Positions 29,820 to 38,964 are shown, counted from the first letter of the stretch. The stretch: DNA of 64,000 nt from Candidatus Marinacidobacterales bacterium (GCA_965237955.1 OZ250169.1:7680001-7744000), one strand, 5' to 3'. The notes: generated by a model not told the origin, from the sequence alone. Made by a program: numbers and translations.

Positions 29820-30032
29820 ATGCGCCTAACGTTTCCCGAGGTCGTCGGCTCCGTCGGAGTATTCCTGCTGCTGGTTGCGTTTTTTCTGAACTGGTTCGGT
29901 CGCATCCGGCATACCGCTCGTACCTATCAGCTCATGAACGCAGTGGGCGCGGGCCTACCGTGCTACGCGTCCTATCTGATTGGGTTCGCTCCGTTTGTCT
30001 TTCTCGAGGGCACGTGGTGGGACGTACAATAG
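29820..30032 (+). CDS. CBU_0592-like small membrane protein (possibly C-terminally truncated)
   Basis: VGSVGVFLLLVAFFL...YQLMNAVGAG...PFVFLEGTW pattern. Confidence 0.6.
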   Translation: MRLTFPEVVGSVGVFLLLVAFFLNWFGRIRHTARTYQLMNAVGAGLPCYASYLIGFAPFVFLEGTWWDVQ

Positions 30033-30038
30033 GGTCCC

Positions 30039-30770
30039 GTGATTGACAACTGGCCGAAGACGATCCCGACGCTCACGCGCGATCAGATGGTCGAAGTCGA
30101 CCGGTCGATGATCGAGGACTTCGGGATCGAGCTTCTTCAAATGATGGAGAACGCTGGCCGCCACCTCGCGCACCTGACCCGCGATCGCTTCCTCGGCGGT
30201 GATGCCCGCGACAAGGCGGTCACGGTTCTTGCGGGAACGGGTGGCAACGGCGGCGGCGCGCTCGTCGCCGCGCGCCGGCTATCGGATTGGGGTGCCCACG
30301 TCGAAATTGCCCTCATGCGTCCCGAGGACGGCTACATGGGGGCGGCCGCTCATCAACTCGCCATCGCTCAGAAACTGAAGCTGAAACTGAAGCGCGCTGA
30401 CCAGGAAAGCCTCGACGACGCTACCGACGTGATCGTCGATGGCATGGTCGGGTACAGCCTTCGCGGTCGTCCCAAAGGCACGGTTGCCGATTGTATTCGT
30501 TGGGCGACCGCTCACCCGGCCCCGGTGCTCGCGCTCGATCTCCCGACGGGTCTCGACGCCACCACCGGTGAGACCCGCGGGCAGTCCATCAAAGCGACGG
30601 CGACGATGACGCTGGCACTTCCCAAAGCGGGTCTCGCGGTCATGGGCGCAGAGGAGTTCACCGGCGCGCTCTATCTCGCCGACATCGGGGTTCCAGAGGT
30701 GGTCTACCGGCGCATGGGGTTCGACGTGGGCCCGATCTTTTCGGGTTCCGATTTGTTGCGGTTGAGTTAA
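30039..30770 (+). CDS. nnrE: NAD(P)H-hydrate epimerase (YjeF_N)
   Basis: LQMMENAG, GTGGNGGGALVAAR, DGMVGYS, ALDLPTG and LYLADIGVP motifs. Confidence 0.9.
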   Translation: MIDNWPKTIPTLTRDQMVEVDRSMIEDFGIELLQMMENAGRHLAHLTRDRFLGGDARDKAVTVLAGTGGNGGGALVAARRLSDWGAHVEIALMRPEDGYMGAAAHQLAIAQKLKLKLKRADQESLDDATDVIVDGMVGYSLRGRPKGTVADCIRWATAHPAPVLALDLPTGLDATTGETRGQSIKATATMTLALPKAGLAVMGAEEFTGALYLADIGVPEVVYRRMGFDVGPIFSGSDLLRLS

Positions 30771-30795
30771 CTGATGGAGGGTTTCATGAGAACGA

Positions 30796-30924
30796 CACTG
30801 CTGGACCGACTACGGGATGAGCGGCGGCGAGCGGTTCCCAAGCCGCGGAAAGTCCACGCGGATCTTCGTCAGAGAAGACGGCAAGTGGCTCTGCATCCAC
30901 GGCCACTACACCGCGGTGCCTTGA
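30796..30924 (+). pseudogene. C-terminal remnant of an NTF2/SnoaL-like protein
   Basis: Hand translation: HCWTDYGMSGGERFPSRGKSTRIFVREDGKWLCIHGHYTAVP*. No matching N-terminus. Confidence 0.55.
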
Positions 30925-30949
30925 AGCCACCCGGGTTTGCGGTTAGTCT

Positions 30950-31114
30950 CTCCGCTACCTGTGGAGCTACCAGGACGACTTCGTGAACGGCAAAGTAGAC
31001 GAGGCGAGAGAGAGCCTCGACAAAGTGCTCGCAGGGAAGTACTGGTCGGCTTTCGGCTACATCGCCGCCGAGGCGGACGTGAAGCGCATGGAGGCCGCGG
31101 GAGCTTCGAACTGA
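30950..31114 (+). pseudogene. C-terminal remnant of a TPR-type protein
   Basis: Hand translation: ...VNGKVDEARESLDKVLAGKYWSAFGYIAAEADVKRMEAAGASN*. No start codon. Confidence 0.45.
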
Positions 31115-31635
31115 CACAGGAGAAACGAGCCTTCGCCGCCATCGGCGTCGTGAGCGCCGGGGTCCTCGGCTTTCTGTTTTGGCTGCTCTATTTCCGCTCC
31201 GCCGCAGCCGGCGCTCCGGCGTGGACGAGCTCGCTTCCGACGCTCAACGCGTGCTTGAATTTCTCGAGCGCCGTCCTCTTAACCGCCGGCTTCGTCGCCA
31301 TCAAAAACGGCCACCGCGAGCGGCACAAGAAGCTCATGTTCGCGGCGGTCCTCGTCGCCGGCACGTTCCTCGTGAGCTACATCATCTATCATCACTTTCA
31401 CGGCGATACGCGCTTCGGAGGGGAAGGGCTCATCCGCCCGATCTATTTCTTCGTTCTCATAAGCCACATCGCGCTGTCGATGGTGGCTCTCCCCCTGGTG
31501 TTGACGACGCTCTTCTTCGCCGGCACGGAGCAGTTCCAGCGTCACAAAAAGCTCGCGCGGTTCACGTTCCCGATATGGCTCTACGTGTCAGTCACCGGTG
31601 TCGCCGTGTACTTCTTTTTGAAGCTCTGGGGGTAG
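31111..31635 (+). CDS. DUF420-family membrane protein (start uncertain)
   Basis: LPTLNACLN, HKKLM, FLVSY, YFFVLISHI and HKKLARFTFPIWLYVSVTGV motifs. Confidence 0.85.
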   Translation: MTQEKRAFAAIGVVSAGVLGFLFWLLYFRSAAAGAPAWTSSLPTLNACLNFSSAVLLTAGFVAIKNGHRERHKKLMFAAVLVAGTFLVSYIIYHHFHGDTRFGGEGLIRPIYFFVLISHIALSMVALPLVLTTLFFAGTEQFQRHKKLARFTFPIWLYVSVTGVAVYFFLKLWG

Positions 31636-31640
31636 AGGCC

Positions 31641-31832
31641 TTATCGCGTGTGCAGGCCTTGCTTGATCAAGTAGTGCTCGGTGACCATCATCAGGCAGTC
31701 CGTATCGCTGACCTCTCGTCCTGCTAAGCGTCGGCAGATCGCGCGAATTTCTTGCCAGCGGCGTGCGTCGACGCGCATCTCTAACGTCTCGGCTGAGCCC
31801 GGGCGCTCTCTCGTCTCTTTCCAATCCATCAT
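31641..31832 (-). CDS. Small hypothetical protein (63 aa)
   Basis: Strong AAGGAGGT RBS precedes ATG 31832. Sequence MMDWKETRERPGSAETLEMRVDARRWQEIRAICRR... Confidence 0.55.
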   Translation of the reverse strand: MMDWKETRERPGSAETLEMRVDARRWQEIRAICRRLAGREVSDTDCLMMVTEHYLIKQGLHTR

Positions 31833-32056
31833 CTTGACGACCTCCTTCACTGAATAAGACGAGTTTTCACAGCCTAGCCCTCCCTGTCCCGTCGCCCGCT
31901 GGGAAGCCAGCATCTAATAACAGCTCGACACTCTATTTACCCGATACCACCTGTCGTGGTTCAAGCACCGGAACACCCCTCATTTTGCGGTTGATCTCGA
32001 CTTGACTTCCACTATACTTGACTTACACCATAAGAGAGTCGAGGTGGTCAAAGACG

Positions 32057-32224
32057 ATGCTGAGTCCGGTGTTCTGGTTGAGTCTGGTAGCCGTTTTCCT
32101 GGGAATGAAATGGCTCGCGGAAGGGCTTTTGTCGCTCGGTCGGATCGAGGTGCGCCTCGTTCAGCCTGTGGCTGCGGAGCCGTCGCAACGGTACGACAAT
32201 GCGGCTCTGGATGAAGCCGCTTAA
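32057..32224 (+). CDS. Small single-TM hypothetical protein (55 aa)
   Basis: GAGGT RBS. Sequence MLSPVFWLSLVAVFLGMKWLAEG... Confidence 0.45.
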   Translation: MLSPVFWLSLVAVFLGMKWLAEGLLSLGRIEVRLVQPVAAEPSQRYDNAALDEAA

Positions 32225-33359
32225 TGGTTTGTCTCGGTTTTGGCGGTTTTGATCGACGACCGAGCCGCGACCGCAGTGTCCACGAGCTCGTCGAACGGCT
32301 CGCCATCGGGCACATCATTCGGCCGCGCGCCCGGTCGTGGCGCTTTCAGAGGATTTTGCCGTAGCGATTTCAGCCACTGCCGGATCTTGGGCGCGTCTCC
32401 CGATCCAGGTCTCAGGGCGTGGCTCGCCGCCTGCGCCGCCTCCAGCTCTGCCAGCTTCTTCATGATCGCGTCTAACTGGCCTGCCATTCTGAGAAGCAAG
32501 GTGCTTTCGATACCGAGCGCCCCCGTGTGCTGCTCCATACCGTCGCCAATCGGCTTGAGGTTCAAGTCCGCGACGGCCTGGTCCACGTGCGGCGCTTTGA
32601 GTACCTGTTCTTCTTCCACGTAGCCGATCAAGAGCGTTCGTTCGCAGACAATATTGATGAGGCGCGGAATGCCGCGCGACGCGTGGTGCACCCGCTCGAT
32701 CGCCTCACCCGAGAACATCTACGGGTTCGGCGCGCCCACGACGTCCAGACGGTAGCGGATGTAGGCCTCGGTGTTTTCGAGGTCCAGAGGCTCGACCCAA
32801 CAGCGCACCACCGCCCGCTGGCTCAACGACTCGAGATCCGGCGTCTGAAACTTCCGCTCGAGCGACGGCAAGCCCGCGAGCACTATTTCGACGAGCTTCC
32901 GGCCCTTGTGCTCCAAGTTGGTCAGGTAGCGAAGCTCCTCGAACTGCCCGTCCGTGAGACCCTGGGCCTCGTCAACCAACACCACGACCGTCTTGCCGGC
33001 GGTGACCTGGCCTCGAAGGAAAATATCCAAGTACTGCGAGACGGTATCGGTCGAATCTTGGGGCTTGAACGGAATCAGAAGCGCGCGAGCAACTTGCCGG
33101 ATCAGCGAGGCTTCCCCGACCGCGATGTCCGAGAGGAACACCCCACTCAGATGGTTCGCGAAGCTCCGGAGCAACCGGAGCATCAGAGTCGTTTTGCCCG
33201 TACCCGCCTCCCCGAGGAGGATGGCCAGGCCGTGCCGCTCCTCGATATGGAGTAGCAAAGCTCGTTCAGCGGTACTTGGTGGGCTTCTCCGTAATAGTAG
33301 GCGGGGTCGTGCGTCAGCTTGAAGGGCTTGTCCCGAAATCCGTAGTGCTGGCGATACAT
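32221..33359 (-). pseudogene. exeA: ExeA/GspA-family AAA ATPase with two lesions
   Basis: MYRQHYGFRDKPFKLTHDP start at 33359. A frameshift near 33247 precedes IEERHGLAILLGEAGTGKTT. VDEAQ is present. An in-frame TAG at 32719-32721 precedes FSGEAIERVHHASRGIPRLINIVCE. Confidence 0.85.
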
Positions 33360-33379
33360 AATGTGCGCCTTTTATTAAG

Positions 33380-34763
33380 GGGTCTACGCGGAAATCTGTG
33401 GGCGAATGCTGACGGAGAAATAGTGTAACTCATTGTGTGGAAAAGGTATTCAGCACTTCATCAGGTGCTGAGAAGTGATCCGTTTTTCGGATAGGCTAAC
33501 CGAGTGAAAAATCCCCAGTCGATCCGCTCGCTTTTTGCGCTACCAGGTTTCGTGGCTGGCGCCCGATTGAACGGTGTATTCGGTGACCGATACGCCCGCG
33601 TCATCCAGCTCAAGAGGCGAAAAAAACAGCCGTGTGCTCGTACTGTGGGCATCGGTGCCGGGGGCGCTATGACAAGCAAGTGTGCCGGGTCCGCGACCTG
33701 TCGTTGGCAGGCTGGCGGATCTATCTGGAATACGAGCGTTGGCGCGTCAACTGTCGTGGGTGCGGTGGTGTGCATGTAGAACACTTGGACTGGCTGGCGA
33801 ACAACCCGCGCTACACCCAGCGCTTTGCGACGCATGTGGGCAAGCTGTGCCGGGATATGCCGAACAAGGCGGTGGCCGAGATGGAACGTCTGCACCACAC
33901 TACGGTGAAGGACCTGGATAAGCTCTACATGCAAGAGCAAGTCGAGCGGGCGGGGCTGCCGGCGCCTCGGGCCATCGGTATCGATGAGATCTCCATCCGC
34001 AAGGGACATAACTATCGTGTCATTGTCAGCGACCTGGAGCGGGCGCGTCCCATCTGGGTGGGCGGTGAGGGTCGCAAAGAAACCGACATCGATTTGTTCT
34101 TCAAGGCGCTGGGCGGGAAGAAAAGCGCCCGTATCAAGCTGGCCGCCATGGATATGTGGAAGCCCTTCCGGAACTCGGTGATTAACAACGCACCCAATGC
34201 GCGGATCATCTTCGACAAGTTTCATATCATGCGTCACCTGTCAAAGGCTCTCGATGAGGTCCGGCGCCGTGAGTACAAACGCCTCAGCGGCGAGGACCGG
34301 TCGTATATCAAGGGGCAGCGTTACACGTTGCTTTCCCGGCGGGAGAACCTGAGCCTGGACGGTCGCCGCGCACTCAAGAAGTTGCTCCAGGCCAACCGGC
34401 GCCTGAACACCGCCTATGTTTTGAAGGAGGCCTTCGGGCAACTCTGGGATTACCGCACCGAACGCGGGGCTCGCGCCTTTTTCACACGTTGGAAAGACAG
34501 CCTCAAATGGCAGCGCCTGCATCCCTACCAGAAGTTCGCCGGAATGATTGAGTCCCATTGGGATGGTATCGCCTCCTACTGTCATCCTGAGAACAAAGTC
34601 AGTCTCGGACTGGTTGAAGGGGTCAACAACAAAATCCGTGTTCTGCAACGACGCGCCTACGGCTATCGTGACGAGGGATATCTCAAGCTGAAGATCGTGG
34701 CGGCATTCCTTCCGCCATTACCCAGAAATGCCGTTTTCAACCCACACGAACCCGCGTAGACCC
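33380..34763 (+). mobile_element. Complete ISL3-family element (A) with 8-bp TSD
   Basis: TIR GGGTCTACGCGG at 33380 and CCGCGTAGACCC ending at 34763. TTATTAAG is duplicated at 33372-33379 and 34764-34771. Confidence 0.95.
33504..34759 (+). CDS. ISL3 transposase, probably expressed by a -1 frameshift (orfA 33504.., orfB 33632..34759)
   Basis: An A7C run at 33620-33627 fuses ...KRRKK to TAVCSYCG. Motifs IGIDE, AMDMW, FDKFH and EGVNNKIRVLQRRAYG. Confidence 0.88.
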
Positions 34764-34803
34764 TTATTAAGAGAGATGAAGGTTATTTGCCTCTCCTGCC
34801 ATT

Positions 34804-36021
34804 TCAGTGGATCCTCTCGAGGGTGAGACCGCCACAGTTTAGGTAGACGAGACTGATGAGAGCTTCGGCAGAGTGGAGTCCAAAGCTGCGGTGGCTCAGC
34901 AGCCGGATTTTGTTGTTCATTCCTTCGAGTCGGCCGTTGCTGAGTCTCCACGTGACCCACGCGATGACGCCATCGAAGTGGCTGCTCATCTTCGCCGCGC
35001 GTTTGACGGGCTCTATCCTCGAGCTCATAGCGCGCCGCAGCCATCCTCGGAGAAACTTCTTGGCCCATGTCTCGGTTTTGTAGGTGTAGAGGTCCATGAA
35101 GTTGTCGCGCAGAAGCATGGCGCGGTAGAGGCGACGATTAGCTCGCACCTGCTCGCGGAGCACCCGTTTGTCTTTCGCGCTGCGGTTGTGTTTGGCCTTG
35201 AGAAGGGGAAACTTGGTGTTCTTGAGGTTGCGCCGGGCAGTCCCTTTGAGCTCGCGCACCAGCTCGCGCCGGGTCTTATCCACGGCCTCGTTCAGATGCT
35301 TGACGATGTGGAAGCGGTCAAAGATCACCCGTGCCTGAGGAGCCTTTTTGCCGACGACAGTTATGTACGGCTCCCACATGTCCATGCTGACCGCTTCGAG
35401 CTCCGCGGCTCTTTGTGGTCCGAGCTTGCGGAAAAACCGCAGCAGCGTCTTGGCCTTGCGCTCCTTTCCCGCCCAGACGACCCGGCCGCTGAGATGGTCT
35501 ATTACCACTGTTAAGTACTTGTGGCGTTTGCGGTAGCTGATCTCGTCCATCCCAATCACCCGCAATCCATCGAGCTCGCGCCGCTCATCCCGCTGCTCGG
35601 CAACCACTCGCTGGATGATCCGTCGCACCGAACGCCACGTCACTCGGAAATAGTTCGCTACGGCGCTGACGTCCGTCCTCTGTGCCAGCCACGCTACCTC
35701 TTGTTCGAAGCTTTTGGTAAAGCGGCTTCCCTTGTCGGCCCAAGGCACCTTTTCTCTGACCACTCCACACCGCCGACATACCACTCGTCGGATCGAGTAG
35801 CGAAGATAGGTCCGGACTCCGAACAGGTCCAAGTGCCGCCAGTAGCGATTGTAGCGATCTTTGTTCTTGCGGACCTTTCGTCCGCAAATCCCGCACAGAG
35901 GCTTCCTCCTCCGTGGTACTACATCCACCACCACTCTGGCTTTGTCCGCCTGGAAGTGGAAACCTCGGACCCACAGGCCTTGCAATCCGATGAGCTTGTT
36001 GACTAACGTAGTAACGCGCAT
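34804..36021 (-). CDS. ISL3 transposase
   Basis: CGIC...CRRC zinc finger, GMDEISYRKRHKY, SMDMW, FDRFH and EGMNNKIRLL motifs. The start is inferred at ATG 36021. Confidence 0.92.
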   Translation of the reverse strand: MRVTTLVNKLIGLQGLWVRGFHFQADKARVVVDVVPRRRKPLCGICGRKVRKNKDRYNRYWRHLDLFGVRTYLRYSIRRVVCRRCGVVREKVPWADKGSRFTKSFEQEVAWLAQRTDVSAVANYFRVTWRSVRRIIQRVVAEQRDERRELDGLRVIGMDEISYRKRHKYLTVVIDHLSGRVVWAGKERKAKTLLRFFRKLGPQRAAELEAVSMDMWEPYITVVGKKAPQARVIFDRFHIVKHLNEAVDKTRRELVRELKGTARRNLKNTKFPLLKAKHNRSAKDKRVLREQVRANRRLYRAMLLRDNFMDLYTYKTETWAKKFLRGWLRRAMSSRIEPVKRAAKMSSHFDGVIAWVTWRLSNGRLEGMNNKIRLLSHRSFGLHSAEALISLVYLNCGGLTLERIH

Positions 36022-36146
36022 CGCGGGAACGCTCTTTTCTCTTTCGGAAAAAAAGATTCTAGCGTTCTCGCCGATGCGCATCTACACATGGCTTACCCTC
36101 TCAACCCACGGGCCTCACCAAATGCCACTGCCCCTCAGCGGGAGAC

Positions 36147-36468
36147 GAGGCTGTGGGAAACGCCCCCACGGTTCTGGTCGTTCAGACCTTGCTCACGACT
36201 GAGTTCTCTTCGAAGCCTGGAAGGGCGTTTTCCATAGCCTCCACTAATCGAGCCCCCCCTTCCTTATTCCATATGAATTAATCTTTCTTGTATATATATC
36301 AGGAGGGGCCTGTGGGCGCTCGTGGGAAACGCGAAGCGTTTTCCAAGCGATTGTGGAAAACGCCGCTCCACGTTTGTACGTGCTCACAACCTTTCCCTAA
36401 ACGCCTCTCTCGCCCGGAGTTTCCGGCGTTTTCCACAATCGCGGCAGCGTCCATAGGCCATGCCCTCC
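36147..36468 (+). other. Two long, highly paired structures inside the ISL3-B non-coding end (candidate ncRNA or ssDNA structure)
   Basis: A 19-bp stem 36147-36165/36223-36241. A three-way junction: 36307-36320/36446-36459, hairpin 36323-36345, and a perfect 19-bp stem 36347-36365/36424-36442. Confidence 0.7.
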
Positions 36469-36572
36469 AACACAAATCAGATCCCCCGAAACGACAGGAG
36501 AACCGGTTATTTTATGAAATCCGGGGGAGAAAATTGTACCCTAAAAGAGCTGCGCTGCGAAACCCTTAAACG

Positions 36573-36597
36573 GGAACTTTCGCGGGCGTCGGGCGTT
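36573..36597 (+). promoter_or_regulatory. ECF-type autoregulatory promoter
   Basis: GGAAC-N16-CGTT ends 12 bp upstream of the ECF sigma ATG (36610), implying an almost leaderless mRNA. Confidence 0.6.
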
Positions 36598-36719
36598 TAT
36601 CCTATTGAGATGACATCGGTCGGCGATTCCGAGCTCGTGGCTCGGATGCAGAGAGGCGACCGTGCGGCGTTTGCGACGCTGGTAGATCGACATAAACATA
36701 GGCTGGTCAATTATTTAAC

Positions 36720-37342
36720 TCCAATAGGTAAGCCACCGCCTATGGCGGTGCGACTCGAAAAGGCTCTGCCGTTCCAGCGTGTGGTAGACGATCTCCTTTC
36801 AATGAACCGGGAAGTTCAAAAGAAAGGAGATCGACATGCGAGAGTGGAAGAACCAATCGCACGTGAAATGGTACTGCAAATATCACATTGTGTTCAGCCC
36901 GAAATACCGAAAGAAGGCGATGTTCGGAAGTTTGAGGAAGGGGGTTGGGAGAATCCTCCGGGAACTCTGCAAGCAGGCGGGAGTCGAATTGGTGGAGGGA
37001 CACGCGATGTCGGACCATGTGCACTTGTGTTTGAGTATTCCACCGAAGTACAGCGTGGCAAACACGGTAGGGTTTCTGAAGGGCAAGTCTGCGATACGAA
37101 TCCATCGTGAATACTTTGGGAAACGGAGAAACTTCACGGGGTTCCATTTCTGGGCACGCGGTTACTGTGTCAGCACGGTGGGTCTAGACGAGGCGGTCAT
37201 TCGGGAGTACATCCGAAATCAGGAGGAAGAAGAAAAGCGTCAAGAACAGCTGAACCTCAGGGGGCTTTAGCCCCCTTCCGCACGGTGGGGGCCCCTTCAA
37301 GGGGCCTTCATCAAACCACCCGCTATGCGGGTGGTAGTTGAT
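36720..37342 (+). mobile_element. IS200/IS605-family element (tnpA only)
   Basis: Subterminal hairpins CACCGCC-TAT-GGCGGTG (about 36734-36750) and ACCACCCGC-TAT-GCGGGTGGT (37315-37335). No TSD. Boundaries are good to +/-2 bp, from reconstructing the sigma gene. Confidence 0.88.
36836..37270 (+). CDS. tnpA: IS200-family Y1 HUH transposase TnpA
   Basis: CKYHIVFSPKYR, DHVH (HUH), KGKSA, FWARGY and YIRNQ motifs. Confidence 0.95.
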   Translation: MREWKNQSHVKWYCKYHIVFSPKYRKKAMFGSLRKGVGRILRELCKQAGVELVEGHAMSDHVHLCLSIPPKYSVANTVGFLKGKSAIRIHREYFGKRRNFTGFHFWARGYCVSTVGLDEAVIREYIRNQEEEEKRQEQLNLRGL

Positions 37343-37798
37343 TGGACTGGTGCGAGATCGTGACCGCTCCGAGGAGCTGGCGCAAGACGTGTTTCTCAAG
37401 CTCTACCAACACCGCGGCCGGTACCAGGAACGCGGGCAGTTTCTGCCGTATCTCTACCGGATCGCAACCAACTTGGCGCGCTCCGAGGAGCCGAAAAGGC
37501 GCCGCCGCGAGTTTCTCCTCAAAACGTTCGCAACCAACGGGAACGGCCACCGCGAGCTCGTCCCGAGCCCGCAGACGGAGCTCCTGAGGAACGAGCTGGG
37601 CACCCGCGTCGGCGAGGCCATCGAGGCGCTTCCGCTCCGGTACCGCTCGCCCCTTCTGTTGCGGGAGATCGAAGGTTGGTCCTACCGCGATATCGCGGCC
37701 GCGCTGAAGTGTCGTGAGGGGACCGTGAAATCCCGTGTCCACCGGGGACGCGAGCAGCTCCGCCGGGTTCTGGCGCCGTATTGGAATGGGGGTCTCGA

Positions 37799-38212
37799 AT
37801 GACCGCAATGAACGATGGCGACGTGGGCAACCTGCTGAAGAAGCTTCCGCGGCACGAGGTTTCGCCGGAGTTCACCGAGCGCGTGATGGAGCGACTCGAC
37901 GAACCTGCACTCGTGCGGCGAGGGAGGGTGTTTGCCGGAGCGTGCGCGCTGCTCCTCGCAGTGTGGCTTGGTGCGGTCGTGCTCGAGGAGCGCAACGAGC
38001 GCCGGGAAACGGCCGAGCGTCTCGAGATGATGCGCGACGAATATCGGGCTCTCGAGGTCGTGCTCGAAGAGCTTCGCTCCCTCGCGTCCGAGGCTCAGCC
38101 GGTGCTCGACCTTGGCGGGACGGAACAAGTGGATTTTGTTTTCGATTTGAGACGGCTTGCGGAAGAGCGTGGGAAGGCGCGGGCTCAGCCAACGTCGCAC
38201 TCTCCGCGATGA
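37799..38212 (+). CDS. Putative single-TM anti-sigma factor
   Basis: ATGA overlap with the sigma stop. Sequence LLKKLP..SPEFTERVMERL, then a TM segment and a coiled coil. Confidence 0.65.
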   Translation: MTAMNDGDVGNLLKKLPRHEVSPEFTERVMERLDEPALVRRGRVFAGACALLLAVWLGAVVLEERNERRETAERLEMMRDEYRALEVVLEELRSLASEAQPVLDLGGTEQVDFVFDLRRLAEERGKARAQPTSHSPR

Positions 38213-38228
38213 CACAAGGAGGTTCACC

Positions 38229-38945
38229 ATGAAACGAACAACCAAACTTCTATGGCTTCTCGCTCTCGGATTCTCAGCGTCGACGATCGCACAGGAGCAC
38301 GCGGGGCGCAATTACAGCACGCGGGTGCTCAAAGTACGGAGTCTCGGACGCGGTTTCCTCGGCGTCCAACTGACGCCGTTGACGCCCGAGCTTCGGGTTC
38401 ACTTTGGCGTTCCCGAAGATACCGGCGTCATGGTGGCGCGCGTCGAAGAAAGTGGCCCCGCGGAAGCAGCCGGCATTCTTGTCGGGGACATTCTTTCCGC
38501 GATCGACGGTGAGCGCATCGACAGCGGGCGCCAGTTGTCACGCGCCGTGCGCAAGAAAGAAGAAGGGGATGTTGTCACGCTCGAGCTCTACCGCGATGGG
38601 AGCCTCGAGAGCTATCCCGTCACCGTCGGCGAGCGCGAGCGGCCGGTGATCGATCTCGCGGGGGGTTTTCGTTTCATGACGGATATGCCGGTTATGGACG
38701 ACTTTCCGGACCACGACGTGGTGATTGCAGGCCCTGGATTTCATCTCGATGAAGAATCTATGGAAGCGTTCGAGCAAGCCATGCGAGGACTCGAGGACCA
38801 CTTCGACAGCGTGGAGTGGCAAGAGAAGTTGGAGCGCGTCGAGGAGCTGGACTTCACCGCGATCCAAGAGCGGATGCAGGAGGTCGAGCGCCGATTGCAA
38901 GACCTCGAAAAGGAGCTCGAAAAGGAAGCCAAAGAGAAACTCTAA
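38229..38945 (+). CDS. Secreted PDZ-domain protein
   Basis: AAGGAGGT RBS, signal peptide, GFLGVQLTPLTPELR...GPAEAAGILVGD, and a C-terminal coiled coil. Confidence 0.85.
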   Translation: MKRTTKLLWLLALGFSASTIAQEHAGRNYSTRVLKVRSLGRGFLGVQLTPLTPELRVHFGVPEDTGVMVARVEESGPAEAAGILVGDILSAIDGERIDSGRQLSRAVRKKEEGDVVTLELYRDGSLESYPVTVGERERPVIDLAGGFRFMTDMPVMDDFPDHDVVIAGPGFHLDEESMEAFEQAMRGLEDHFDSVEWQEKLERVEELDFTAIQERMQEVERRLQDLEKELEKEAKEKL

Positions 38946-38946
38946 A

Positions 38947-38964
38947 AACTGAATGCTGGATGCT
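38947..38964. repeat. Second copy of the 18-bp intergenic repeat
   Basis: AACTGAATGCTGGATGCT is identical to 7368-7385. Confidence 0.6.

Larger units (their letters stand above)
34789..36504 (-). mobile_element. Complete ISL3-family element (B) with 8-bp TSD and a long structured non-coding end
   Basis: Imperfect TIRs GCCTCTCCTGCCATTTC (34789) and GAAACGACAGGAGAACC (ending 36504). GGTTATTT is duplicated at 34781-34788 and 36505-36512. Confidence 0.88.
36610..37802 (+). pseudogene. ECF sigma-70 factor interrupted by IS200
   Basis: The N-part MTSVGDSELVARMQRGDRAAFATLVDRHKHRLVNYLT rejoins in frame with GLVRDRDRSEELAQDVFLK...LYRIATN...EGWSYRDIAAAL...GTVKSRVHRGR once the IS is removed. Confidence 0.9.

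Noticed and set aside
21634-32721. Stop-codon reassignment or Sec/Pyl readthrough as the cause of the in-frame stops
   Set aside because: The two stops differ (TAA and TAG), neither is TGA, and many intact genes here end in TAA or TAG. exeA also carries a separate frameshift.
33380-36504. Composite transposon formed by the two ISL3 elements
   Set aside because: The elements have different TIRs and transposases, each has its own TSD, and there is no cargo between them.
36720-37342. TnpB/omegaRNA (OMEGA) system
   Set aside because: The element is only about 620 bp and encodes TnpA alone, with no tnpB or iscB.
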